A stretch of 64,000 nucleotides of DNA from Candidatus Dojkabacteria bacterium (GCA_035444565.1 DAOMOX010000001.1:59987-123986); one strand, 5' to 3'; shown: positions 13,266 to 23,643, counted from the stretch's first letter. Numbers and translations: made by a program. The notes: generated by a model from the sequence alone, not told the origin.

Positions 13266-14714
13266 TGTAGGACGCTGGTTCATTTCCACTAATGTAGAGA
13301 AGGGTATTTTATAATCATAGTGCAGTTTTGCACCATCCCAGTTAGCGTTCGATAGTACAAGATTCACAATTTTCGATTTATCGGCGTTATTTTCTTCTCC
13401 TTCTTGTAAAAATAGTTCATGAGCCTCTTGTGAAAGTTCGACAATTTTGTTTGCAGTTGTAAAGAAATTCTTATCCGCTAAATCAATATTCTTTAGCTTT
13501 GTAGTAATCATTCTAATCTCATTAGAGTATTCAGCATACTTAACATCATAGAGGTCTTTAGATATCTTCTCATCAAGATATTCATCATACATTTTGGAAA
13601 GTCTATTCCTTAGTTTGATTTTTCTATCCTGGAGTTCTTTTATTAGATCTTCAGAATAACCAGCCCTATCATTGTTAGTTTTCTTAATTGTTTCTTTAAG
13701 CTCTAATGCTATTTGAGGCTTAATCTTTATTTGTTTAAGTGCCTCTGCTATCTGCTCTGTTAATATTTCTTCCCTAACATAGCTTACAGCGTGTTTTTTT
13801 CTGCCCTGACTACAGCTATAGTAGTGAAAGCCTTTATGTCTTTCGGGGACCATTGAACACCCACAGATGGAGCATTTTATCAATCCCCGATATATGAAAT
13901 TGATTTTACCCATGAGTTTAACAGGATTAATTAATCTATTGGACCTGATATCCTCTGCTTTCCTGAAGAGTTCTTCAGATATTATTTGAGGATAAACATG
14001 CTTGTATTTAATATTCTTTTTCTTGTATGTAGCAATACCTATGTAAAAGTCATCCATTAAAATTCTACCTATCTTACTGCTCACTAGCTTTACATTATCT
14101 TCTTTGAGGGATTGAACAATCTCTCTAATAGACATACCATCATATACATAAAGATTAAAAATCTTCTGAACTACCTTAGAGGTAAACTCATCTACTACAA
14201 TATTATTGGGAACGTTTTTGTATCCATAAGGGGCTTTACCGAGTGATAAACCCTTTGATATCCTTTCATTAATAACCTTCTTAACGTTATCAGAAACGGA
14301 TAGTGCATAGCTTTTAGCAAACATTACCCCCATATCCCACCTCAATAACTCATGGCTCCTGGAGTCCTGGTTAATAACTAGATTTTCTGCTATGAAATGG
14401 ACCTCTATTTTATTGGATTTTCGTAAATCATCGAGTGCTACACTATCTCCGAAGTTACGCATACCTCTATCAATGGTATCAAACACTAATGCTACAACGG
14501 AGTTGAGTTCATCAACACGTTTCAACATCTCTTTGAAGGTTTTACGTTCATGCCTTCTACTTGCAGTTTCTACAACTTGATAAATATCTTTAGGAGATTG
14601 TATGAAGAGGTCGTTTTTTTCAAGGTAGGAATATACCCTCTTGAGTTGTGAAGGGATGGAGAAATTATCGCTTTGGTCTGGAGTTGATACTCTAGTAAAT
14701 ACGAAAGCCCTCAA
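13200..14714 (-). CDS. large serine recombinase (integrase)
   Basis: Resolvase 'TRVST.DQ', 'DRGMRN', recombinase domain 'APYGY', zinc ribbon 'CSICG...YYSC', coiled coil. Confidence 0.96.
   Translation of the reverse strand: MRAFVFTRVSTPDQSDNFSIPSQLKRVYSYLEKNDLFIQSPKDIYQVVETASRRHERKTFKEMLKRVDELNSVVALVFDTIDRGMRNFGDSVALDDLRKSNKIEVHFIAENLVINQDSRSHELLRWDMGVMFAKSYALSVSDNVKKVINERISKGLSLGKAPYGYKNVPNNIVVDEFTSKVVQKIFNLYVYDGMSIREIVQSLKEDNVKLVSSKIGRILMDDFYIGIATYKKKNIKYKHVYPQIISEELFRKAEDIRSNRLINPVKLMGKINFIYRGLIKCSICGCSMVPERHKGFHYYSCSQGRKKHAVSYVREEILTEQIAEALKQIKIKPQIALELKETIKKTNNDRAGYSEDLIKELQDRKIKLRNRLSKMYDEYLDEKISKDLYDVKYAEYSNEIRMITTKLKNIDLADKNFFTTANKIVELSQEAHELFLQEGEENNADKSKIVNLVLSNANWDGAKLHYDYKIPFSTLVEMNQRPTWGGKWDSNPRPPLPQRGALTN
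13246..13275 (+). other. attL (tRNA arm gagtcccatttgcc-AC-cccatgtaggacgc phage arm)
   Basis: GTCC...GGAC symmetric around AC; integrase ORF reads across it. Confidence 0.85.
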
Positions 14715-14964
14715 GTTATGAATTAATAATTAAACGTGGGAAGTAATCTTATTGAATAACAGATTGAGGATTTTGTCAATTATTTCTTTGGTTGTCTAGG
14801 AGGCTGAGGGGGCTGAGGAATTATTCGTTTTTCTCTCCTATTCCTATCTTGGCTGCCCCTTATTTTCGGTCTAGGAGTTGGACGTTTACCCTGCCCCCCC
14901 ATGTTAATTATATTTCCCCCACTTATTAACAATGTGTTTTCAAAGTGTATTAAAGGCGATTGTG

Positions 14965-15177
14965 TTAGGATACCTTCTTCAGTTCCAATAATTTCCATGC
15001 GAGAATATTTCCTAATATACCTAATGCAACAGGAATATATCTACCTATTGCCCCACCTGCCGCTATTGCATCATCACTCACCATTGCAATCATGGTAGCA
15101 ATTCCAGCATAAAGAATAATCTTTACTGGAGTTGGTAGACTATCGAATTTAGATCTTGTTGTGTAGAGTAATCTCAT
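14965..15177 (-). CDS. small 2-TM membrane protein, possible holin
   Basis: Two hydrophobic segments downstream of putative lysin. Confidence 0.55.
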   Translation of the reverse strand: MRLLYTTRSKFDSLPTPVKIILYAGIATMIAMVSDDAIAAGGAIGRYIPVALGILGNILAWKLLELKKVS

Positions 15178-15182
15178 TACAA

Positions 15183-15374
15183 TTAATTAATAGATAAAAT
15201 AGGTGTAGGAACTGGAGCTAGTTCGTTAATGTCTGCACTCAACAATTCCCGATTAAATGTTTGTAGGTAAAAGAGTATTAATATCAGCAGTAAAACAACT
15301 GCTAGTGTGTACATAATAGAATCAGTTTTTCTCATGTTTTCGATTGAATAAATTTTTGATAAAGGTATAAACAT
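15183..15374 (-). CDS. small membrane protein in lysis region
   Basis: Single TM; overlaps the end of the upstream gene. Confidence 0.45.
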   Translation of the reverse strand: MFIPLSKIYSIENMRKTDSIMYTLAVVLLLILILFYLQTFNRELLSADINELAPVPTPILSIN

Positions 15375-16491
15375 CTTTTAATAATCTTTTGTAATCATCT
15401 GCACTCCCTTGTGTTTCCTGGAGGAGTTTCTCATACTTTTCCTCTAGCTTATTGTATTGGGCGGTCTTTGTTATTAATTGAGAGTTTTGCTCTGCAACTG
15501 TATTCTTTAGTTCTACAATTTGAGGTTCCCAATTCAAAGCCTCATTTTCCAATACTAGAATTTGATGTTTCGCCTCTTCAAGTTCTTTCTTTTTGCCTAA
15601 CAGTTCCACGTGGGCTGTATCCAGTTGAGCATTGAGAGAGTCTATAGTCGGTTGTAATTCCTCTACTTGTGCTTTGTATTTGTTTCTATCTGTAGTTAAA
15701 CCCCCAATCCTTGCATTAAGTTTAGCTATCTCACTATCTTTAGTTGCTACAACTTTAGTCATTGTTTCAAGTTCAGTCTTAACCGCTTTGCATGGGTCGG
15801 GTCTATTATCATATTGTTTTGTAACCCCTTTAGCGGTTACTTCATAAAGCGCCTCTAACATACCAGTATTGATTGGTCCCCCATCATTCCCCACACTTTT
15901 ATTACAGAACACAGTCCAGGAGGTACCCTTTGAAATATTCTTAACAGTTGCGTTCTCATTGATAGAACCTGATGTAACCCTCATGTACATATCGGACCCT
16001 TTTAGATAAAGATCATAATTAAAACTCATTGGAGGTTGATTAGAATTAGAAATAGGTAAGTGTACGCCTTTGTTTAAGCCCGTATAGGCATTAGAACCAT
16101 AACTGGTTGATATCTTGATAGATGGGTCCAGGTGTTCTAGGTATCTTAGGTATTTAGTAACTGTACTAGCATATCCGCCAATCTTTATATGCACGTGTAG
16201 AAACTTTGAAGGTACTAAATCAAATGCAATTTCTCCTCTTTTAGCGGACCTTGCATTCCTGATATGAACTGCAAAGAGATAGTAATCTGTTCCAGTTAGT
16301 TTGAATACTGCATAATTGGTTCCATCCCCATTAGGTGCCTCTAATATCTTTTCATAGTCATACCATGCTCTATTAAGTCCAGGAGTATGTACCATGTCTA
16401 GACGATAACCCCCACTCTTTTTATGTTCGGCAGTTTGTAATCCGCCCCCTATGATAAATTCTTTTAAGTAACTGTTCCCTAAATAGCTCAT
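15322..16491 (-). CDS. putative endolysin/peptidase with long C-terminal coiled coil
   Basis: H...D and HxH ('FLHVHIK') reminiscent of M23 peptidases; ~140-aa coiled coil; lysis-module position. Confidence 0.5.
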   Translation of the reverse strand: MSYLGNSYLKEFIIGGGLQTAEHKKSGGYRLDMVHTPGLNRAWYDYEKILEAPNGDGTNYAVFKLTGTDYYLFAVHIRNARSAKRGEIAFDLVPSKFLHVHIKIGGYASTVTKYLRYLEHLDPSIKISTSYGSNAYTGLNKGVHLPISNSNQPPMSFNYDLYLKGSDMYMRVTSGSINENATVKNISKGTSWTVFCNKSVGNDGGPINTGMLEALYEVTAKGVTKQYDNRPDPCKAVKTELETMTKVVATKDSEIAKLNARIGGLTTDRNKYKAQVEELQPTIDSLNAQLDTAHVELLGKKKELEEAKHQILVLENEALNWEPQIVELKNTVAEQNSQLITKTAQYNKLEEKYEKLLQETQGSADDYKRLLKDVYTFIKNLFNRKHEKN

Positions 16492-16587
16492 ATGATGGCA
16501 TTAAGTAAGAAGTAGGTTTGCATCAGAAATAAATAGATTGAAGTAATGGTTACAATAGAGAGAAGAATTTTTATTATCCTAATATCT

Positions 16588-16986
16588 TTATTCATTGTCT
16601 GAATCTAATAATTCAATAGATACGTAAGCTATATCCTTATTCAATGTAGGGTCAAAAGAGAGGTTCACATGGCGGAGGATTGTATAGTTATCATCACTTA
16701 GAATAGCGGTATCTACTAGTAAATCAGCTATGCTTTCAAACTTATTGGAAAGGTCCCATTTTCTCTTACTAGCAGTACCAAAAAGGACATCGATTTTAAC
16801 TGGAGTATTTACTGGAAGTTCTATTTCTGACCGATACAGAGCCTTCTGTACGTTGAGTTCCCATTTCTTATCCCTTGCCCATTGTTCGTGATTAACCGAG
16901 GGTACACTAAATTTTCTACCACCCCTCATAATCATCCTTCTTGAGTTCTTCTTACTAGGGATTATCCCTTCAAGAATAAAGTTCAT
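16588..16986 (-). CDS. RusA-like Holliday junction resolvase
   Basis: 'IPSKKNS', 'DLSNKFESIADLLV...ILSDDN'. Confidence 0.88.
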   Translation of the reverse strand: MNFILEGIIPSKKNSRRMIMRGGRKFSVPSVNHEQWARDKKWELNVQKALYRSEIELPVNTPVKIDVLFGTASKRKWDLSNKFESIADLLVDTAILSDDNYTILRHVNLSFDPTLNKDIAYVSIELLDSDNE

Positions 16987-17345
16987 TTAGGGGATGAGAT
17001 TAAGTTAAATACAAACTGAATCAAGAATACAACTCCAGGTAATCCCAGGAATGAAATTACAAGCCATAGGTTTTGGAATATCCATTGATTCTTTTCTCTG
17101 TATCTAGTATTGACCTGATGTTCTGCAATCATGTTTTCGGTAATGTCTAAGTGGTTCCTCAATTGGTCCCTTACTCTATTAACCTCTTTTTCTAAGGTAT
17201 CCGTTCTCTTCGTGATAGTATCAATTGCTATTGGAATTACCCGAATCTGCTCTGATACTTCTGCAAACTTCTCAACCATTGTTTGCCTTAACCAACTAAC
17301 ATCATTTTTAATTACAGCAATATCAGTAGTTTCTTGATGGTCCAT
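16983..17345 (-). CDS. coiled-coil protein with C-terminal TM (holin/XhlA-like)
   Basis: Coiled coil followed by hydrophobic C-terminus. Confidence 0.55.
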   Translation of the reverse strand: MDHQETTDIAVIKNDVSWLRQTMVEKFAEVSEQIRVIPIAIDTITKRTDTLEKEVNRVRDQLRNHLDITENMIAEHQVNTRYREKNQWIFQNLWLVISFLGLPGVVFLIQFVFNLISSPK

Positions 17346-17372
17346 AAGGTTTAATTACTAATTTTTGCTTTC

Positions 17373-17425
17373 GGGAGTATTACTTTTATGTTGCAAAAAG
17401 TCAAGAAAAAAGTAATACTCCGCCC
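17373..17425. promoter_or_regulatory. divergent overlapping phage promoters with AAAAGTAATACTCC motif
   Basis: Minus strand TTGACT-17-AATACT; plus strand TTGCAA-17-AATACT. Confidence 0.75.
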
Positions 17426-19873
17426 ATGAAATCAAATACATACACTTACAAAGAGTTAATGATAGAAACAATTCGCAGGAGAAGAGAGGAAAAATATAGG
17501 TTTTATGAACCCATTGGTAAGGTTGAGGAGTTTCTTAATAATTTTGGTTCATGTGATTTTTTTGTTTCTGTGCTGAGTGCCGCTAATGGTGTTGGCAAAA
17601 CTACTTTAATAGGGAATATATTAGCTAATCTATTCTATCCGAATAAGAACTCATACTTTCATCAGAAATTGTTTCAAGATTATCCTTTCTCATTAAAGCG
17701 TGGAAGGATAGTTTCTGAACCTACTACCATCAAAGAAACGATTATACCTATGTTAGAGGAGTGGTTAATTCCTGGTACCTACAAGCGTGAAAAAATGGGA
17801 AAGAATTACTACTACCATTGGGAGGTAGAGGGAGGATGGGTTTTCGATATTATGAGTTATGATCAAGCGGTTAAAGAGTTTGAATCTATTACTTTAGGAT
17901 GGTGTCTCTTTGACGAACCACCGCCTGAACCAATTTATAAAGCCACAGTATCACGTATGAGGCGTGGGGGTATCATTGGTATATTTATGACCCCTCTAGC
18001 AGGTTCAGCCTGGATTTATGATGATATTATTGCTAATCAGAACAATGATGAGGGAGAGAGATACTGGAGTACAGCAGAGATGGAGGACGCTTGTTTTCCT
18101 TTATGGATGGAAGTGTTAACAAACCAAGGTTGGAAAAGTTTTAATGATATAGATATCAAAATTGATAAGTATGCAAGTGTAGATTCATTTAATAATAGAT
18201 TCAGCTTCAAAAAATCAACTAGGTTGGTAGAGAAAACCGCTAATGAATTATGCTATCTCAATAGTGGAATTACCTGCACACCAGATCATGACTTTCCCGC
18301 AATTAGAGATGATGGGAAAATACATAGAGTTAAAGCATCACAACTATACAGGGGAAACAAATTACTAACAAGATCTAGAATACACTCCGATAAACTAAAT
18401 TATTCTCCTGATGAAAGGTTTACACCTCTGCAATGGGCAGAGTTTTTAGGGTGGTATATCTCCGAGGGATGCGCTGAAGGGTCAAAGAGTGGAAATAACC
18501 AACACAATCAAGTAATAATTTCTCAAACAAATAAAAGACTCGAACTAGAAACTTTCCTAAATTCTCTCCAGATAGGGTTTAAAAGTAAAAAATCAGGCGA
18601 TAATTGGATATGTGATGAAAAACTTCATCAAATACTTTCACCACTAGGAACAGCAAGAGATAAATATTTACCTTCATATGTGTTTGAAGGGGATTATGAT
18701 TACAGGCATAGACTCCTCGACTCGTTAATAATGGGAGATGGAGATGAGAACGATACTGCATATAGATATAGGACATCTTCAGAAAGATTATCAGACGATA
18801 TACAAATCCTTGCTATGAGTTTAGGTTACAGAACAACAATTACATATCAATCTAATAGGGAAAGATATATTAAAGGTAAAAAACTTCCAGCTATAGGTGG
18901 TGTTTACACTATACGAATACTAAAAAGTAATAAAAACATTTATATTGAAAGAAAACCAGAAATACATACCACAGAACCACAAAAAGTGCGGTGTGTAACA
19001 GTCGAGGATGGCTACATCTTTGTTCGTAACCCGATAGAGAAAGTACCAGTAATAGCAGGGAATTGTATTGAGCATGGAGTTAGAGGTTTCCTACAACACA
19101 AAGATATTGAAAGGATTGTAAATCAGTTCAGCGAGGAAGATAAACAAGCTAGGGTAAAGGGACAATTCCAGCATTTAACAGGCTTAGTATTCAAACAATT
19201 CCAGCCACAAATCCATGTAATAGAACCTTTCGATATAGATATATATAACTATGTAGTAGTGGAGGCACTAGATACTCATCCACGAGTTCCAGATGCTTTG
19301 CTTTATGTAGCAATAAACGAGCAGGGACAGCACTTTGTTATAGATGAATCCTTCGAGAATAACACAACATCACAACTTGCTTTCAAGATTAAACAAAAGA
19401 GGTCTAACTACAGAGTGGTGAAGAAACTTATTGAACCAGCCGCATTTAACCAGGACCAGCATAGAGATTTAAGACAAGGACAATATGCATCCTTAGCAGA
19501 TGAGTTGTATTACGAACATGGATTAGACTTTGAGGCAGGTAGTAAAAGAAGATTAGATGCCATCAAAAGGATTGGGGACTATTTATCCTATCAGAAAGTC
19601 GGGGACCAGTTCATTACATCCCCTAATCTATATATCTTTAGTAGTTGTACGAGATTGAAGTATGAAATTCAGCACTACTTATGGGATGAGTGGAGAGGTA
19701 AGTCGGCTGAATATAGGTCTAAAAAAGAAACACCAATGGACAAGGATGACCACTTGATAGAGGATTTGGGTAGGGTTCTATTAGAGAACGTTCAATTCAC
19801 ACCATATGTTAAGCCATCTTCAATGGACAATAATTCTATTTCTTATAATTCAGATCCATATGCCAAAGTCTAA
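17426..19873 (+). CDS. terL: terminase large subunit containing an intein
   Basis: Walker A 'AANGVGKT', Walker B 'CLFDEPP', 'MTPL', RNase H-like 'ALDTHP' and 'DDHLIEDL'. Confidence 0.93.
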   Translation: MKSNTYTYKELMIETIRRRREEKYRFYEPIGKVEEFLNNFGSCDFFVSVLSAANGVGKTTLIGNILANLFYPNKNSYFHQKLFQDYPFSLKRGRIVSEPTTIKETIIPMLEEWLIPGTYKREKMGKNYYYHWEVEGGWVFDIMSYDQAVKEFESITLGWCLFDEPPPEPIYKATVSRMRRGGIIGIFMTPLAGSAWIYDDIIANQNNDEGERYWSTAEMEDACFPLWMEVLTNQGWKSFNDIDIKIDKYASVDSFNNRFSFKKSTRLVEKTANELCYLNSGITCTPDHDFPAIRDDGKIHRVKASQLYRGNKLLTRSRIHSDKLNYSPDERFTPLQWAEFLGWYISEGCAEGSKSGNNQHNQVIISQTNKRLELETFLNSLQIGFKSKKSGDNWICDEKLHQILSPLGTARDKYLPSYVFEGDYDYRHRLLDSLIMGDGDENDTAYRYRTSSERLSDDIQILAMSLGYRTTITYQSNRERYIKGKKLPAIGGVYTIRILKSNKNIYIERKPEIHTTEPQKVRCVTVEDGYIFVRNPIEKVPVIAGNCIEHGVRGFLQHKDIERIVNQFSEEDKQARVKGQFQHLTGLVFKQFQPQIHVIEPFDIDIYNYVVVEALDTHPRVPDALLYVAINEQGQHFVIDESFENNTTSQLAFKIKQKRSNYRVVKKLIEPAAFNQDQHRDLRQGQYASLADELYYEHGLDFEAGSKRRLDAIKRIGDYLSYQKVGDQFITSPNLYIFSSCTRLKYEIQHYLWDEWRGKSAEYRSKKETPMDKDDHLIEDLGRVLLENVQFTPYVKPSSMDNNSISYNSDPYAKV
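18092..19063 (+). mobile_element. intein (324 aa) with LAGLIDADG homing endonuclease
   Basis: Starts CFP, block B 'TPDHDF', 'FLGWYISEG' and 'LLDSLIMGDG', ends 'VIAGN' followed by Cys+1. Confidence 0.92.
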
Positions 19874-20084
19874 ATCACCTGAAAGAAAACTATTGAGTCA
19901 AAAAGAGTGTGTGATGAAGGTATCAATATATGAGGCTACATTAATCCTGGAATTAAGGAAACTGAGTTTTGGGAATGTAACTATTTATAAAAACATGGGA
20001 GAACCTTTCAGAATTAATCTAAATCAATCTAAGAACCTTAATATAGATGAGGCGGTTAAATCAGAAGATGTACAAATACTCTAA
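19860..20084 (+). CDS. small protein, DUF2292/YezD-like
   Basis: 'LILELRKLSFGNVTIYKNMGEP'; likely ATG at 19860 overlapping terL end. Confidence 0.55.
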   Translation: MPKSKSPERKLLSQKECVMKVSIYEATLILELRKLSFGNVTIYKNMGEPFRINLNQSKNLNIDEAVKSEDVQIL

Positions 20085-20113
20085 AATACAATTTTATTTA
20101 TTAGGACAATACA

Positions 20114-20506
20114 ATGCAATTTACAAATTCAGAGGGGAAATACATAGACCTGGAAAGATTCGTATGGATAGCCTTCTACAACGATAACACTTCACTAAGT
20201 CAATTCGATACAGATACTCAAGCGTATCACTACTTCAGAGAGATTGAACAATCTAAACTCATTGTATTTAGGATATTAGATACTTCTAATAATCAGACAT
20301 ACGACCTACAGTTTGACCCTTCAACAATGAAACTAATTCACTTCTATAGAACGTTAGTTGTAAAAGGTGCATCTACAACCCAAATAAGATTAACTTGTTT
20401 TGGATACGAAACAAAGCAAGGGGCAGTAATAAACGTTCTACTTCCCGATGGTAGATTAATCACTACAAATAACAAGGATTTCCATATTAATTTACAGGTT
20501 ATATAA
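20114..20506 (+). CDS. phage hypothetical protein
   Basis: 130-aa ORF in late operon. Confidence 0.75.
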   Translation: MQFTNSEGKYIDLERFVWIAFYNDNTSLSQFDTDTQAYHYFREIEQSKLIVFRILDTSNNQTYDLQFDPSTMKLIHFYRTLVVKGASTTQIRLTCFGYETKQGAVINVLLPDGRLITTNNKDFHINLQVI

Positions 20507-20507
20507 A

Positions 20508-23500
20508 GTGGCAGTAGTAATAACACAAACAGCCAATCCAGCAGGAGTTAACACATCCTCAAATGTAGCCACATACTCTAGCGTAGCCATTGGAGCTGCG
20601 GCAGCGAATAGAATAGTAGTAGTCTTGGTTGGCTCTGAATTAGCCTCAGCCTCGATAAACTCCGTAACGCTTGGTGGAAACGCCATGAGTGCTGGTACTC
20701 AGGGCAATTTTGGTGCAGTATACGCAAGAGCATTCTATTTAGCCTACCCAACAGGAACGACTGCCGACATCGTTGTTACTTACGGAGCAGGGGCAACAAG
20801 CACACAAAACCATATTGCAGTATATAGCGTAACTGGTGGGGTTTATTCTGCTACTGGAGCAGACCAGTCTAGCGATATGGACACAACCGATAGGCTAACT
20901 ACTGGTGCAATAACAATAGCCTCAGGTGGGGGGTTTATTGCAATTGCGGCAGGTGCTACTGATACTGCTGCCAAGACGTGGGCAAATGCTACTGAGGACC
21001 TTGACGTGGATGCGGGGGGTTTTAGGTTTACGACAGCTACTAGGACAACCGCTCTTACCGCTACTGCGGTTACGTGTACTGGTGGTACTAACGGAGAGGA
21101 TGGTGCATTATCTTATCTCCTCTTTACTGCAAATGTTTCCCCAACAGTTGCACTTAACAGTCCAGCAGATACTGCTACAATAACAGACACTACTCCCGAA
21201 TTGATATTCACAGGAACGGATACTGAGAGTAACGATATAAGGTATAACGTGCAGGTGGATACGGTTAATACGTTTGATAGCCTAGGTGGTGCTGAAGATG
21301 CCCTGTACCTAAATGATAATGGAAACCTAAACGCCTCACCTCTTTCAACTTATACCAACGGAATGTCTTTCTTTTGTTGGGTTCAATTAGAAACATTAAG
21401 TAGGTATCATTTAATATGGTCGAATGGTAGAGGTGGCGACTATGGGGAGGGGTATGAATTTTATATTACGTCTGGTGACAACTCTCTTATCATAGGGTTA
21501 TCCTATATTGGTGGTCATAGCTCTTCATTGTCCATAACAGATACAGATTGGCATTTTGTGGGTTTTACAAGAAATTCTGGTACGTGGACACTATATCTTG
21601 ATGGGTCGTCAGAGGTTGTTGGGACTGGAAACCCATACTCTATAAATGGTGCGAATTCCAAAAGTATGATAGGTGGTTACAATGATGCAGGGACACCTGT
21701 TAGTGAGTTCAAGGGTTCTATTGCTAGGGTTGGATATTGGGAAAGAGTTCTAAGTGGGGGGGAAATAGCAGGCCTTTACGCAGGTGCGTTAGTTTCAACG
21801 CTTTCCTCTAACTTGGTAATTGACTGCCAACTAGATGATAGTGCCAATTTTGGTGTTAATGATGGCTCTGCTGGGGACTTCACAGAAAGTGGTACTTTAA
21901 CAGAGGACACGCTTGGCTTTGATGCAGTAGGCGGTGGACCGTTAATTGATGCAGTCTCTGGTACAGATGCGGGGTTTCTGGACTCACCCGATGAAAGTGA
22001 TACAGACCCTTTCACCTCTGGAACTGCAGTTGCCTATACGGTTCAGTCGGCACTTGACCCCGATACTTATTATTGGAGGGTAAGAGGGCTTGACCCATCA
22101 GGTAGTAATTCGTATGGAGCATGGAGTTCTATTAGGAGCTTTACTATTACATCTGGAGAAACTGAAGTATCAATTACCAAAACCCTTGCATACAAAGTAC
22201 AACCATCAGTCTCTATTACTAAAACCATCGCTTATAGAATTAAAACGGATACTGCCATCACAAAGAATTTGGCTTATAGCATAGTAGATGAAATCTCAAT
22301 AACAAAAGGATTAACGTATGAAGTTATTGTAACCACAACGGAAACAATCCAAAAGGATGTTGACTACACAATTATTACCGATAGCTCAATTCAGAAAGGA
22401 TTAGAATACCAAGTTGTAACAAACGCACAAATACAGAAGGACCTGGATTATTTCATCAAGCTAGAAACATCTATTCAGAAGGATTTAGATTATACAATCC
22501 TTACCTCTGATAGTGTAGTAAAGGACCTGGAGTATATTATCATCATTACTGATAGTATAAACAAAGACCTGGACTATACAGTCCTTACGGAAGGATTAAT
22601 ACAGAAGAGTATGCTTTATGAGGTTGTGGTTACTGGAATTGAGAAGGTACAGGCAACGCTTGACTATACAGTAATTACAAGTACAACAATCCAAAAGGAC
22701 CTAGAGTATTTCATCACTACAGAAGGATTAATACAAAAAGACTTATCCTATAAAGTACAACCCTCAACAACAATAACAAAAGATTTAACTTATACAGTTG
22801 AATCTCAGCAGGATGTTACAAAAGACCTTGATTATCATATAGTAATTCCTAAACTTATACAGAAGGATGTAACTTACTTTATAAAAGGTTCTACAGGTAT
22901 TCAGAAAGATGCTGATTATTCGGTTATAACTACCATCGACCAGGACAAGGCATTAGATTATAGAGTCATAACTGAGGGTGATATACAAAAGGATGTAGAC
23001 TACTACATATCAATCACCACGAACGTAGAGAAAGATATCAATTATAACTTGCAAGTAAGTACAACTATTCAGAAGGGAGTTACCTACTCTATCGATGTCC
23101 CCTCAATAATAGTTCAGAAAGAACTTGACTATGCAATAGTAACAACAACAAGCACAACAACCGACCTTGATTATAATATTCTGCTTGAAAGCACTATTCA
23201 GAAAGATACTGATTATTCGGTTATGGGTAGTACAGCAATAACGAAAGGAATTGAGTATACAGTCATAGCACCACAATCAATTGAACAAGCCCTTCAGTAT
23301 ACAATCGCCATCACACCATCAGCTCTAGAGAAAGCACTTGAATATATCATTGTACAAAGGACCACTAAACAATATGAGTTGAGATATAGGGTAGATGCAC
23401 CTCATAGCATTTCTAAGGATTTAATGTATACTATCGGCGAAAAAATAGGGATATGGATAAAACATCCTGGAGAAAGTTCAGACTCATTCACAAAAGATGA

Positions 23501-23627
23501 AGGAGTATCAAGCACATACACTAAAACAGAATCTGTAACAGCGAGTAGTTATACAAAAGAAGAATCTGTAACACCTAGCATATATACAAAGACGGAGAAA
23601 GAATCGTCTTTATGGACCAAAATTTAG
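20508..23627 (+). CDS. virion fibre/adhesin with LamG-like domain and ~30 14-residue repeats
   Basis: LamG 'WHFVGFT...LYLDG...W.R.LS..EI..LY'; I(Q/T)KDLxY repeats. Confidence 0.85.
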   Translation: MAVVITQTANPAGVNTSSNVATYSSVAIGAAAANRIVVVLVGSELASASINSVTLGGNAMSAGTQGNFGAVYARAFYLAYPTGTTADIVVTYGAGATSTQNHIAVYSVTGGVYSATGADQSSDMDTTDRLTTGAITIASGGGFIAIAAGATDTAAKTWANATEDLDVDAGGFRFTTATRTTALTATAVTCTGGTNGEDGALSYLLFTANVSPTVALNSPADTATITDTTPELIFTGTDTESNDIRYNVQVDTVNTFDSLGGAEDALYLNDNGNLNASPLSTYTNGMSFFCWVQLETLSRYHLIWSNGRGGDYGEGYEFYITSGDNSLIIGLSYIGGHSSSLSITDTDWHFVGFTRNSGTWTLYLDGSSEVVGTGNPYSINGANSKSMIGGYNDAGTPVSEFKGSIARVGYWERVLSGGEIAGLYAGALVSTLSSNLVIDCQLDDSANFGVNDGSAGDFTESGTLTEDTLGFDAVGGGPLIDAVSGTDAGFLDSPDESDTDPFTSGTAVAYTVQSALDPDTYYWRVRGLDPSGSNSYGAWSSIRSFTITSGETEVSITKTLAYKVQPSVSITKTIAYRIKTDTAITKNLAYSIVDEISITKGLTYEVIVTTTETIQKDVDYTIITDSSIQKGLEYQVVTNAQIQKDLDYFIKLETSIQKDLDYTILTSDSVVKDLEYIIIITDSINKDLDYTVLTEGLIQKSMLYEVVVTGIEKVQATLDYTVITSTTIQKDLEYFITTEGLIQKDLSYKVQPSTTITKDLTYTVESQQDVTKDLDYHIVIPKLIQKDVTYFIKGSTGIQKDADYSVITTIDQDKALDYRVITEGDIQKDVDYYISITTNVEKDINYNLQVSTTIQKGVTYSIDVPSIIVQKELDYAIVTTTSTTTDLDYNILLESTIQKDTDYSVMGSTAITKGIEYTVIAPQSIEQALQYTIAITPSALEKALEYIIVQRTTKQYELRYRVDAPHSISKDLMYTIGEKIGIWIKHPGESSDSFTKDEGVSSTYTKTESVTASSYTKEESVTPSIYTKTEKESSLWTKI

Positions 23628-23643
23628 CTCTTAAAATAAAATA

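Noticed and set aside
17339-17352. ggtccataaggt as inversion partner for the 29727 site
   Set aside because: Only 8 bp match to one att arm, GTCC register is off, and orientation is direct rather than inverted; the strand switch is explained by divergent promoters.
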